Positions 12,692-25,359 of a stretch of DNA of 64,000 bases are shown one piece after another. The notes beneath the pieces are model-generated. The model was not told the DNA's origin and searched no databases. It worked only from the letters and a program-made list of their open reading frames with translations. Made by a program: the position numbers and the translations under genes. The stretch spans positions 1,302,001 to 1,366,000 of the forward strand of contig NC_135670.1 in NCBI RefSeq assembly GCF_964188315.1, in the 5' to 3' direction. The number at the start of each line of letters is the position of its first letter. Positions within the stretch are counted from its first letter, which is position 1. The stretch is from Podarcis muralis (lineage: Eukaryota).

Positions 12692-14358
12692 GCTGAAATG
12701 CTTTGTCCAATACTAAAAAAGATACTATTCTATTGTGGTTATGATTGTTTTGTTCTTACTTGGGCCATCTTGTACATGGACAGGATTGTGGCCATGTGAA
12801 TATATAAATCAGAGTTTGGCCCACCAATGACTGCTATTGGAGTGCTTACAGCATCACATTTATAGTTAGGGATGAGTGTTCCTTGTCCAGAGAGCAGTTC
12901 CATGGAGGCTTGGTAGGTCCACCTTGCACTGAAATGGCTGTTATAGATGTGGAAGCCAAGAGTGACATTGGGCAAGAGTTGGGGGTTTTCATTTATCTCC
13001 TTTACTGCAAGTGCCAAGGCCAGGATATGTTGGTAGAGTTGTGTCAATGGCCTGGAATGAGAGCTGTGTATGGCATTACAGTGCATCTTTGCAAAGAATA
13101 GATTGTATCCCTCACAGCCCAGGGAACCGTCTGGATATATTGACACACAAACCTGGACATTTGGCTTCCCTGAACAGCACTTTTAGTGCTGCTAACTAAC
13201 ACAATCTATGCATAGATGAATGCACAACACTCCCTCCTGCCCCAAACTGGTTCAGGTAAAACTCAGAAAGGGAAGTGTGCTTTAATTTTGTACATGTAAA
13301 AAACACACACCACATGATTGAATTATCCAATGAATGACTCTGGATACGAAAATATAGCACGCATGAGAGAGACTTCATAAAATCAAGTTATATCCTCCCC
13401 CCACAATTTTATTGTTTTAATTGTAAACACCAATATGACAGCCATTTGAAAGAGAGAAAGCAAATCTTCTACTGAGATGCTACAATGATATTCAGAAGTT
13501 TTATAGCTATTTCACACAACAGAATATGACTTAGGGCCCAATTTTAAGCAGGAACGTGTTTCTTTGTCCACAGAATGCAAGCAATTGTTTCTGCCAACTC
13601 TGCTACTATTATTATTACTATTATTATTATTATTAATGTTGCTGCCAATATCTGGCTATCCAATCATACAGGCATTGACTAAAGTTCATCAGAAAATCAA
13701 TTCCAAGTCTGAGCGATTAATGATTCCTGACATATCTGATAAAAACGAAAGCTGAAACCTAGAAACCCAGAGACTTTCATTTAAAACAACCAGAATGCCT
13801 TAACAGAGTAAATGTAATTTCTGCTATGTATATTGCCATGTGATAAAGTTGAAATGGCTAATTTCTAAGTCTGGAACATATTTATAGGCAAAAATTCCAA
13901 AGCAAAGGTTGACACAGCTTGAAGAAAGCATTTTGAGATATCACAGCTTTTGAGATATCATATCTTCTCCAACCCCTTACAAGTACTAAAAAGGAGAAGA
14001 TTGGTGGAAATCACCACCACAGTTCATTATCACCATGCAGTAAATTCATAAATATAACACACAGAACCATAGAATCTCAGAGCTGGAAGGGACCCAAGAG
14101 TCGTCTAGTCCATCCCCTCCCCACGCAATGCAATTCCTTACAAAGTATGATCCAAAAGTTCAGGAGAGGGAGGGTTCTTGAAGGTCAATATACCCGAAGC
14201 TATATAGATTTGCGACATAATGCCAGCAATGATGACGTCTCCAGACTGATAATATTGGTGAAGAATTGGAAGTGGGTCCCTGATAGGACACTGAGGAATA
14301 GGAGGCTTGCACACATAGGAGGCAGCAACACTGATATTAATACTGGATATAGCACCAT
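6756..14358 (-). CDS. V2R-1, vomeronasal type-2 receptor; exons 14358-14142, 13051-12760, 11646-10786, 10096-9869, 7963-7837, 7657-6756; 1-nt frameshift in the signal peptide (candidate recent pseudogene or consensus error)
   Basis: Exon sizes 217/292/861/228/127/902 with GT-AG sites. Motifs include [29 protein letters not shown], Cys-rich [16 protein letters not shown] and 7[33 protein letters not shown]. Exon 1 is one base short of the 218 nt seen in V2R-3, -4 and -5. In-frame upstream ATGs (14401, 14452) give an open frame but no hydrophobic leader. Confidence 0.9.
8362..8760. mobile_element. Truncated Tc1/mariner(Tc2/pogo)-type non-autonomous element with GC-rich multi-hairpin interior
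   Basis: TA followed by a CCGTATTTTTCGCTCTATAGGACAC left end. No matching right TIR seen. Four tandem inverted repeats at 8452-8688. Confidence 0.55.
9205..9804 (-). mobile_element. L2-clade LINE 3' fragment with (TAT)n tail in V2R-1 intron 4
   Basis: ORF 9340-9801 reads [61 protein letters not shown], the L2 ORF2 C-terminus. The 3' UTR and microsatellite tail are at 9205-9253. Confidence 0.9.
11781..11896. mobile_element. Short hAT-like MITE
   Basis: TIR GTTACCAGA (11781) / TCTGGTAAC (11887-11895) with internal GTCCCC repeats. Confidence 0.5.
12660..12689. repeat. (CA)n microsatellite
   Basis: Direct reading. Confidence 0.95.
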
Positions 14359-15677
14359 CTTGAATGTACGGTTTTACGAAACTATTAACCTCTTTGCACA
14401 TTATCAACAGAGCATTCCTGATTAGGAAATTCTCACTGGAACATCCATGCAAATTTGGTCTGTTCAGTGCAAAGAAATCAGTGATCAGTCTGAGAGTGCC
14501 TTGAGTCTAGCAGCCTTGAATGGCACAGGGACTATTCATGGCATCTTCTAGCCTTGGTTCCCAGTTTGTATGTGGCTGCTGTATGATTCCCCTGGGATGG
14601 AGAGAAGAAGCAGTAGTGACTATGATTAACTTGATAATCAGAGGAGAGATAATTACCAGTTTTGAGTTGTAGGTTTTCTATCAGATCGCATCAGAAAATC
14701 ACATTTCCCTTATCGTAGTCAAAGCATCACCTAGAGGAGCAAAATTTCGAACAAGGCATATCTATCCCTGTGGAGGCAAAAGGTATGGGCAATAACGTTA
14801 ATGCAAAAGCATTCTAAAGACATGAAAGCTCTGATGGGTGAACAGGACACATTTGATGCTATGGATCTGTTGTAACTCTTCATGTCTCACTGGAACGGCA
14901 AGAAATGCCAGATCTTTGCAGTGTAAGGAGCAATTGATCAGACTGAGAGAACATCAAGTGTCAGCCCAAGCTTGAATATATCAGGGGATATTAACAGCTT
15001 CATTGAGTCTTTGTTCATCGTTGGCATGTGGCTACTTGAATTTTCCTGGGATTTGGAGAAGAATCAGTTATTTCTATGAACTTGATGATAATAGTAGGAG
15101 AAATAATTTCCCTCAGTAACATTGCCACACAAAAATATGCTTAGCACATCACTGACATTGCCCCCACACCCAAAAGAAGACTTGGAGATATAAGTGGAGT
15201 AAAATGTTTATTTGTTAAAATATAAAAAGTTAGAGGAACAGTGAATAAAACTCAAAACAATTTGCTCATCAAAGTATGGACGAAATCTTTACTAAATCTA
15301 ATAGGGACACCTCCCTCCATCTCTCTGGGCTTGTCACACAGCCTCAAGCTGTGGCTCACCAACTAAGGATGGGGAGGAAATGATTCCCTCCTTGGGACGT
15401 GAGACTCAGTTATGAATTGGCACTATTAGGAGGCACCATTGAGCAGTGCACACACAAGACCCCCATAGTTGATTTTGGGGGGAGCGATAACACAACTCCT
15501 TGCCAAAGGCGCTAGGGACCCCAGATACACACTATGACATGCACACATCTCAGCTAGGGAACCAAACTGATTCAGACAGGAATGACACAGGAGCCCAACT
15601 TTGAACTTTTATCAAGCCTCCTGAGACTGTTTCCACTGAAATTGTTCTTCAAGGTTGCAGGGGTTTAGAGGATTGAG

Positions 15678-16432
15678 GTTGAATCCCGACAAGACAGAAG
15701 TACTGTTTTGCAGTGACAGGGGGTGGGTGGCTGTGGGGGACTCCCTGGTCCTGAATGGGGTAACTGTGCCCCTGAAGGACCAGGTGCGCAGCCTGGGAGT
15801 CATTTTGGACTCACAGCTGTCCATGGAGCCGCAGGTTAATTCTGTGTCCAGGGCAGCTGTCTACCAGCTCCATCTGGTATGCAGGGTGAGACCTTACCTG
15901 CCCACAGACTGTCTCGCCTGTGGTGAATGTTCTAGTTACCTCCTGCTTGGACAACTGCAATGCACTCTATGTGGGGCTACCTTTGAAGGTGACCTGGAAA
16001 CTGCAACTAATCCAGAATGCGGCAGCTAGACTGGGAGTGGCCGCCCATTGGCTCCCAGTATGTTTCTGAGCACAATTCAAAGTGTTGGTGCTGACCTTCA
16101 GAGCCCTAAATGGCCTCGGCCCAGTAGACCTGAAGGGGCGTCTCCACCCCTATCGTTCAGCCCTCACACAGCGAGAAGTGAGGTTGCAGGGAACCAGGCA
16201 GAGGGCCTCCTCAGTAGTAGCACCTGCCCTGTGGAATGCCCTCCCATCAGATGTCAAGGGAATAAACAACTATCTGAGTATCAGAAGACATCTGAAGGCA
16301 GCCCTGTTTAGGGTAGTTTTTTAATGTTTTAAGTTTTATTCTGTTTTTAAGGTTCTGTTGAAAGCCACCCAGAGTAGCTGGGGAAACCTAGCCAGGTGGG
16401 CAGGGTAGAAATAAAAAAGTTGTTGTTGTTAT
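15678..16432 (+). mobile_element. L2-clade LINE 3' fragment with internal deletions
   Basis: Translation LRLNPDKTEVL..PLKDQVRSLGVILDSQLSMEPQVNSVSRAAVYQLHLV. Same 3' UTR as the 9205-9804 copy, ending in (TTG)n. Confidence 0.88.
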
Positions 16433-16746
16433 ATTTAACTCAATCAGAGGTCAGAATTGAGGTTTCCTGTGATGCCCTTCATTCTTAACCCAAGTTTGGA
16501 TGAACATCTGTCAGGGATCCTTTTGCTGTGATTACTACATTAGACCCTGTCCAACTCTTCATTTATATGAGTCTATATTCATTAAACTTCCCCAATGTTC
16601 AACATTATCCCCATTCCGCTGATAGAAAGGATCCAGAAGGGAGTGTCTCAATTCTAATGTCACACTATGGAGGAACACGTGATTTAATCTCAAAGATTTA
16701 TTTAAACGTGCCATATAGAATTGAACAGACAGACTTGTTAATTATT

Positions 16747-19700
16747 TTAATTCTTTCTTATGTTTAGCTGCTCTTTGCTATTCAGATCAGGTCTCAGTAA
16801 AATGACATAGCATTTTGGGGAAAAGATGCAGCCCAGTAACCCACAACTGGAGGCCAAGATGGAGAAGATCTCCACGGCCACCATGTACTTCCCCTTGGTA
16901 CTCAGATACGTGGGAACAAAGGACAGCCATACCGTGCAAAAGATCAACATGCTGAAGGTGATGAACTTGGCTTCATTGAAACTGTCGGGCAACTTTCTAG
17001 CTAAGAAGGCCAGCGTGAAGCTGACAATGGCCAGGAGACACAGGAAGCCCAACACACAGTAAAGCATGACAGTCGACCCTTCATTGCATTCAAGCACAAT
17101 TTCTTTCGGCATTGAGTGTTTGTCAAGGTCTGGGAATGGGGGAGTGGTTGCCAGCCAGACACTACAGATTGTGGCTTGAATCAGGGAGCAGGACAGGACT
17201 ATGGAGATGGCTAATTGTTTCCCCACCCACTTCCTTATCCTGGACCCTGGCTTCGTGGCCATGAAAGCTAGCACCACAATGGTGGTTTTGGCCAATACGC
17301 AAGAAACTGCCACGGAGAAGATTATGCTAAAAAGTATTTGTCGAAGGAGGCAGGTCACAACCTCCGGTTGTCCAATGAACAGCAAAGCAGAAAGGAAGGA
17401 GAGCAGGAGGGCAAGGAGGAGAGTGTAGGTGAGGCCCCTGTTGTTGGCTCTGACTATGGGTGTGTCCTTGTTCTTCATAAAGATTCCAAGCACAAAAGCT
17501 GAGATGCAAGAAAAGGAGAGAGCAACAGTGTCCAAGCTGATCCCCAGAAGCTCTTTGTGAGAAAGGAAGCTGATGGTTTTCGGAAGGCATGTATCCTGAC
17601 CAATGTTTGGATATTGATCTCCAGGACATTGAAAGCAATCATCCATATCTGGAATCAGAATACAAAGAACATAGCAAGCATAAATGAGAATCTCAGCCCT
17701 TGCACCATGCATCAATTCATTTATTTCTTCCTTTGCAACAGTGTTGGTAGAAGAGAAATATCAAAGTTAATCTTGCAATAGGAATGGTACAGTATATATC
17801 CCTGTTCCCAGATACAGGGGTATGTTCAGGCCATGTGTTTTAAAGGGGTGATGAAATATTTTTAAAAATGCATTTTTAGAAGGTTTGAAAGTGTTTTAGA
17901 TATTCATACACCTCAGACTTCATACTTTCTATATCACATTCAGGTGCATATGCAGTTTTAAAAATATTTATATGTTTATTAAAAGTTTTCAGAGTGAGAA
18001 TACACCTGTACCTCAGAAGTCAAACAGAATCCATTCCAGAAGTCCGTTTGACTTCTGAAACATTTGAAAACCAAAGTGTGGCTTCTGATTGGCTGCAGGA
18101 AGCCATTGAAGCCCCATGGAACTACTGAGAGTTGCAATTGAAATGATCTGGAAGGCACCAGGTTAGTGACATCTGGCATTGACATTAATAATAATAATAA
18201 TAATAATATAAACAAAAAATCCCCCTCCCACAGATCATTTAAAAGGGCATTGATGTCAATCAGCCCAAAGCCTGATTGAAGAATAGAACAACCACCACAG
18301 TCAAAGCAATGTGAATTCAATGTGTAAATTTAAAATTCCTGGAGTGAGTCGGTAGGTTGATGCAATGAAGAAGAGCTTCTTGTTGGGGGCTGGCACAGGC
18401 TTGTTTAAATCCCCTGGGTGGAGACCTGGTTGTTCCCTCAAGCCCACCCCTGGAGACCCCAGCCCTCTGCACCAGCCAACCACTGGCCAATTTGGCAGGC
18501 TGACGTGGAGCAGGATTTCAAGGCAGGAGCGTGAGCCGAAGCTCACGCTCCAGCAAGGATCGGACCCCAACACATAGCCCAGTATCTTTGGCGAGGGGGG
18601 CTCTGGCTGTCCCGCAAATCCACCACATCCCTAATAGGGGGTAAGCAGGCTTGTCCTCAAAGAAGTTAAGCACTTCTTGAAGCAGAAAAAAAATGCAGAT
18701 TTTGAAGCCTGGAGTTGCAAATCTCCTTGAACCATCATCCAAGGGGGTGATGATGTGCTATGTTGTCTTGTACAGAGAAAAAGGTGGATGTTAAATAATG
18801 TTGACTTTTATAAACTGATGTGGATAAGCAAGGTCATAGCTGTTCAGTTTTATGAGGTACTGACTAGATCCACTATCTATATGAAATTTCTTACCTTTCT
18901 GGTTTGAGATTTTCCCTTCTGGACATGGAAAGCAATCATAGCAGCAAAATGGCTTTCCTTCTTTCTTGGTCCTGCTATAACCTGGATGGCAGTGGTCATT
19001 ACACATGGAAAGGGGCTGTGACTGTGCATAAAAGAAATAAAAATGTGCTTACTTGAGATCTTATATTTTGGAAATTTTATCTCAGTCTTCTCTATCAGTT
19101 GAGAGATGTGACAGGAAAGGTCAGGGAATGGATTTGACCCAATGAATTAAAAGCCACCTTCATCCTCTGAAATATCCCCAAATTGGAATGAGATTTATAC
19201 CAGCATAGGAACATTTAAAGGATAGGGGATTGCAAAAGGTGCTCTTCGGCCACACCAGTGAGAGCCCAGGATGGCTTTAGATGGGTGGTTGAACAGTCTG
19301 CAGATTTTCTCTACTACCAGCAACCTTCGACTAGAACAATGAAAAGGCCAAAGGACTTTGCATAGTAATGAAGTTCCAGCATTCTGCAAGGTGAATGTTT
19401 TGGTTTGAAAGCATGATTTCACCAGAGACCTCAAAAATTCAAGAACATTGAACTACAACCATTTGAGTATCTAGATAACTCACTTCTTGAATAGTGAGGA
19501 AATTAGTCAATGCAGCCTGAAATATGCAAGGACTGCACCTGGTTAAATTGTTTGGGCCAGATGATGGGATCCTCATGAATGGTGAAGACGTTGTCCAGGG
19601 AGGTCAGAGCATCTTTCTTATCTTGGAGAGTCGGAGGGTCTATCTTTCCAACTTTAACCCTGAAGAAGGTCTGGTTTGGGAATGTGACCCAGTTTATAAT

Positions 19701-22700
19701 GTCAAATCCAGCAGCTAGTTCCCCATTTTGATCAAAGGACACCATTTCCCCCACACTGTTGTTAAATGAAATACTTCTGAGAATACGGTGGAGCTGAATT
19801 ATGAGGAAGAGAAATTGTAAGTGTGTAAAGGTGCAAAAGATGGAACTATGAAATATGGTGATAAAATATTTTACTTGGAGTGTTCAGATTGTGTTTCCTT
19901 AAAAGTCTTTATACAGGCCAATGGCATCAACAGTAACAATAAATCACCTAAAATTTCAGATGAGCTCCATTTTTACCCAACAATGCCTCTGGGGTGATAC
20001 TATATGATAATAAATTATTCTTCTAAATAAGTTATTTCTGAGGAAATTGTGACTACCAGGCTGCTCATGGAAATAGACACAACTCTTGTAGAGATGGTCG
20101 AATTACATTTTAAAGCAAAGAGGTGGGAAACTGAAAGAACGCTCCTCTCTTGTTCTGGTAACTACTTCCCAAAAAATACACATAAATTCAATGTGTGTTT
20201 TAAAATAGTTCCATTACAAAGTTTTATCATCACTAGTTATAGTCAAACCACTGTTCAGCTTTTTATAACTTGCAATGGGCAGGGGTTGTTGTTTTTTTTA
20301 GAAGAAAGTCATTTCTTCAACCACCATTTAGATGCCAATATTCTATCCTTAATAATGATGCAAGTTTCTGAACCATCTAAGGGTTGCTGTTGCACCAAAT
20401 ATGTGGTGGTGTCTTCCATGTGATCAGGCCATTACCTGCCACTGTTGTGGCTCCAGAAGCTTCCATCTTCCACCATGTGACATTCCTGTGTATTTGAATT
20501 GTGATAAATATCTGGCATGCAAACTATGTGCTATTGCATAAACTGCATTGTAGACGCTGTAACTATGAGCAGTCATGCCCATTTCAAACACAGAAACAGG
20601 AAGCATCTCCAGCCTCTCATTCCCAGAACACCTTTTCCTGTCCATCTTGTGTGCCGCAGAACTGGGAAATGAACACTCAAATGATTCTTCCCAGAACTCC
20701 CTGATGAAGCCATCTTCTTCTCCTGAAGCAGGGTTTCTGTTCTGAAGAAATGTGTAGAAAAGCAGCACCTCCTTTGAATGAACTGAAAGGGACAAAGCAC
20801 CATGGAGAAAATGTATGTCCCAATCTCTTTGGAAGGGGAATGATGTGAAATCCATCTGGGCTGTCATAATCCAAATTTTAGCCATTGTCCTCCATGGCAT
20901 ATTCTCCATTTCTGCAATCTGAGGCATTCCTCTAAAAACCATCATGGTCTGAATTTCTCCATGCACAAGCACAACATGGGCAGTACTTGACATAGCAACA
21001 CTGACTGTCTTAAAGCCTTCTCCTATCATGTCTCCAAAGCCACTGGAAGAAGTTAGTTTGGGGAATTTTTCTATGAAGTCGAAGCAGATGCCACCCTGGG
21101 AAAGCAGAGGAAGTATGTTCTCTATAAAGCTCTCTGTGTTGTCATCATCTTGGGAAACAACCCCAATCCACGTCCATGAGAAATGCAGAAGTAAGTGGAG
21201 AATTCCCTTGTACTGAAAGGCTCCATTTGGGAACATCCGGTGGAAGAAGACAGCCTGAGTTTCATTATTCATGACTGGAGAAGAGCCATATATGAGCTAG
21301 TTTTGAAAAGGTAAGGGAAGAGAAACATTTGTCGCTTTGTGAGTACAGAGAAATGACAAATTGTGCTTTCCCCCTCAAATTGTTTTACCCTTGAATACCA
21401 AAACCAATCCAGTACTAAATATCTATAAAGAAAGATTGATATGGATGTAATGAATCAGGTATATAATCTTAGAAAATATATTTGACCTGTGGTCCTGCTC
21501 ACCCCATTCCTCACCTAACATCACTCTGCTAACTACAGGGCCATATAAGGTAGGGAAAACTTTCACATTCAAAATATCTAATGGGTAAAACATCTTTGGT
21601 ACTGAAATCATGCTATATTTAAATAGCCTGCGAAAATTTAGCTAGCGGTCCATCAAAGAAGAACAAGGAGTAGGAAACTACCTTAGGTCACTGAGCCATG
21701 AGGCCTTTTCCTCTTTTTTTTCTATTGGNNNNNNNNNNNNNNNNNNNNNNNNNNNNNNNNNNNNNNNNNNNNNNNNNNNNNNNNNNNNNNNNNNNNNNNN
21801 NNNNNNNNNNNNNNNNNNNNNNNNNNNNNNNNNNNNNNNNNNNNNNNNNNNNNNNNNNNNNNNNNNNNNNNNNNNNNNNNNNNNNNNNNNNNNNNNNNNN
21901 NNNNNNNNNNNNNNNNNNNNNNNNNNNNNNNNNNNNNNNNNNNNNNNNNNNNNNNNNNNNNNNNNNNNNTTATTTCAGTAATATTCTGAATGTGTCTATT
22001 TCAGTCACAGCTTTTCCAGTTTTCAAGACGCATCAAGATGGAGGTGAATGGCATTCAAATGACTTGTTCAACTTAGAGGTTCCCCACACACGTCTTACTT
22101 GTGGCATCTTGTATATGCTCAGGATAGTTGCCATGTGAAGACAGACATTAGAGTTTGGTCCCCCGATGACTGCTACTGGAGTATTCTCAACATCACACTT
22201 GTAGTTAGGGATGAACTTGGCCCGTCTAGAGAGAAGTTCTATGGAGGCTTGATAGGTCCAGCTGGCACTGAAATGACTGTTATAGACGTGAAATCCAAGG
22301 GTGACATTGGGCAAGATTTGGGAGTTGGCATTGATCTCCTTCACGGCAAATGCCAAGGCCAGGATGTGCTGGTAGTTCTGAGTCAGGACCCTTTATCAAG
22401 TGTCATATGGTGAGAGTCATGTGTTACATTTTACACCATCGGCTTCAGTTCATCACATTCACAACATTTCAGTTCAGTGTATAAATTAATTGCACATAAA
22501 TAGTTTTTAAGGCCAAGGTCAAAAGTAGTGTGAACAGGAGCTGGTTGTAAAACAAGGACCTCCAACTTCAAACATCATCTCATTTACAAACATACAGTCA
22601 TTGTGTTGCAAACAGAAGCAGCAGCAGCAGCAATAGAAATTTGCAGCACAAATATTTTCATTGGAAAAGACGCCTCAAAGCACCACTCTTCCTAAACTCT

Positions 22701-23381
22701 TGGAAATCAACTATTCTCACATTAGATTTACTGCCTGTAATGTTGATGAACAAACCCTGAAAGTCATTTTGCCGTACCTCTCTCAGAAAGCAGGGAATAA
22801 AACACTAAACTAATGCAAAAATATATCATTGAAACTCAAGACATTACATATAGTATCCCTCTCTATATCAGTTCCAAGAAATGTCCCACATATTTAGCAT
22901 CAAAATGGAGAGATAGTGATCATCTCTATGAAGCACAATTGAAAGCAGTATGCTGTCCAGACTACTATGTAACGAGAAAATGATTAATCTGTAGTTTGCT
23001 CTTCCTCACGTTAAAAAGAGGGACAGAGATTTCAGATATCCTCAATAATAATCCCCCAAACTAACTGGCTGACTCTAAAGACAATCAATAAAGCAACAGT
23101 TTCCACCCAAATCCAATACAAAAGGACAGCATGTCTGGGGAAAGTATCATTAAAACACTATGATATGGCTTTAAAGCAACATACATGTGGTCATCAGAAA
23201 GTTCCTGAGCCGGATGTTGTTCAAAGGTTATGGTGCTTGAAGATATGTAGATCTGGGAAATAATGCCAGCGATGATGAGGTCTCCCGACTGATAATATTT
23301 GTGAATTATAGGAACAGGTTCATTGATAGAACATATCCCCCGGGACAGCAGTAGGAATATCACCACCCCAAATAATAACAT
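16747..23381 (-). CDS. V2R-2, vomeronasal type-2 receptor, intact (about 877 aa); exons 23381-23185, 22390-22099, 21296-20436, 19793-19539, 19021-18895, 17648-16747
   Basis: Exon sizes 197/292/861/255/127/902, all phases compatible, no stops. Signal peptide [13 protein letters not shown], Cys-rich domain and 7TM intact. The N-gap lies in intron 2. Confidence 0.9.
21729..21969. other. Assembly gap (241 N)
   Basis: Run of N. Confidence 0.99.
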
Positions 23382-25359
23382 CTTGCAGAGAGTTTAATGG
23401 TAGACACCAAGCCATCTGCTCTGTGATTCTTATTCAGCAGAATTTGAATGATCACTCACCCAGCTGATTCAAGGGCAAAAAATACAGAAGAAAGAATAGG
23501 TGGCCATTCAGAGCTATGTCTATAGGCCCAGCTCTGAGTGACTCTTAGATATTAATAACACCCCTTAGTCTTTGATTGTTATTTTGCATGGGACCAGTAG
23601 ACCGCTCCAAGGATGGGGGGGAGTACAAATAATGGTGATTAATTTGATAATTGCAGGTCTGTTAAGAACTTGATCTGATTCATTGTTTCTCTGCAATATT
23701 GCAAAAGAAAACATGTTTTTCACATCTCAGCTGAAGTCTTCTCTGGACAATCCTCAGTGGAAGGAAGTTTTAACTTGTGATAGTTACAAATGTGCTCACA
23801 ACTGAGGTCTTAAAAAAAACCCCAGCACAGGCATGTAACTGGTTTGAACTATATTTAATCACTGAGGTGGAGTCAACTTTTGCATAAGTTCCAAATGGAC
23901 CCTTATTTTGAAAACTTGAATGTTTTAGAATCCAAATGAAAAACCACATTTGGCCCTTCTTTGTGGTGTCACTGCATCTGGGGGGAGGCAGTCAATAGAG
24001 CTTCTTGTGCCACCAGGCCCACTGATTAGATGTCTGGCACATGGGCTCTGTCTGGATGAAGTGGGCAAGGCCTGGAAACAGACCAGAGGGGGGAATCTTC
24101 CTCTATGACCCACCCTGCAGATGTATTTCACTTTTAAAATTAATTACCCAGCGTTCACCATGAGGTTACAGCAACTTGCAACAAATAGGAAATAGAATTT
24201 TAAAATAGATACAAAAGAGCAGAATTTCAACATCTCTACTTTCTCCTGCTGTCTTCAGCTGATCCAGCCTTTCACGGATAACACATGCTTTGAATATGAA
24301 CACAGAAATGCTTCCCTTAAAAAAACCTGGAGATGTTTGGACTATATTTCATAGTAGTCATGTTTGGTGCTCCTTGTTGTGGTCTTCACTGCAAAAGAGA
24401 GAGAACCCTGAAGATGCTGCGAGTCATTAGGAGAAATTGAGAAGTCAAAGCTGATTTCATGGAAAGCTGTTGTGATCCAGACTTCTGCCCCTATTTCCTT
24501 CTCATGCACACTGAGTATTGAGCAGGATACAATGATTTCCATGACATTGGTTACATAGCAAAGAAACATCCAGAGGAGGAAAGGTTCACTTGGGCTGATC
24601 GGGTTTTTAAAATGATTCAAATTACTTTCTTTCAATGTTTCGGATAAGGCAATGCAAATCCCTCTGCTGTGGCTCAGGCCTTAAGCAACTCAGGCCTGCG
24701 ACCCATGTCTCAAACTTCAACACTTGCACACTGACATCAGCAGAAGTCACACAAATCTTTTCCAAAGTACAAAACTTAAACAGACTGGCAAATACTCACC
24801 TTTTCTCCACACAAGCTATTATAGCAACAATTATGATTTTTTTTCCTGGAAGTGCAATAAGTATTCAGTTGCTTCTGTTGATTAAAAAAATAAGGTTTTG
24901 ATCCAGACAGTTTTAGTAGTTTAGCCTATTTCACTCCAAGATAAGTACTATTATAAGTCTGAATCCAGCCCAATATCTCACAGATATTTTCTTTTGTTTC
25001 AAACAGTCTCTTCTAAATATAAGTAATGTCTAGATCCAAACCGCAGTTCACATTGCATTTTATCTACACTAAATAAATAATAAAGAATGCAACAGTAACA
25101 TAGGTCTCAGTCCAATAAATTACAGCACAATTTAGCTCATGTGTATTATTTTTCTTTATTAGATTCCTAGACTACCCTTCATCCGAAGATCACAGGGCAG
25201 TTTACAGTATAAAAACATAAAAATACATACCATAATAACAAAACCAGTACACTCCCCCTCAGTACAAAAGGCCACAGGAATAATTAGTTATTTCTCCTTG
25301 GCTTAATTCCTGTCACTTACACATCGCTAATTTAAAATGGTCAAATAATTTAGAATATT

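Noticed and set aside
13564-13755. ORF with a poly-Leu, signal-peptide-like stretch
   Set aside because: Encoded by a (TTA)n microsatellite in an intron.
21698-22138. 146-aa ORF
   Set aside because: Artefact of translating the N gap.
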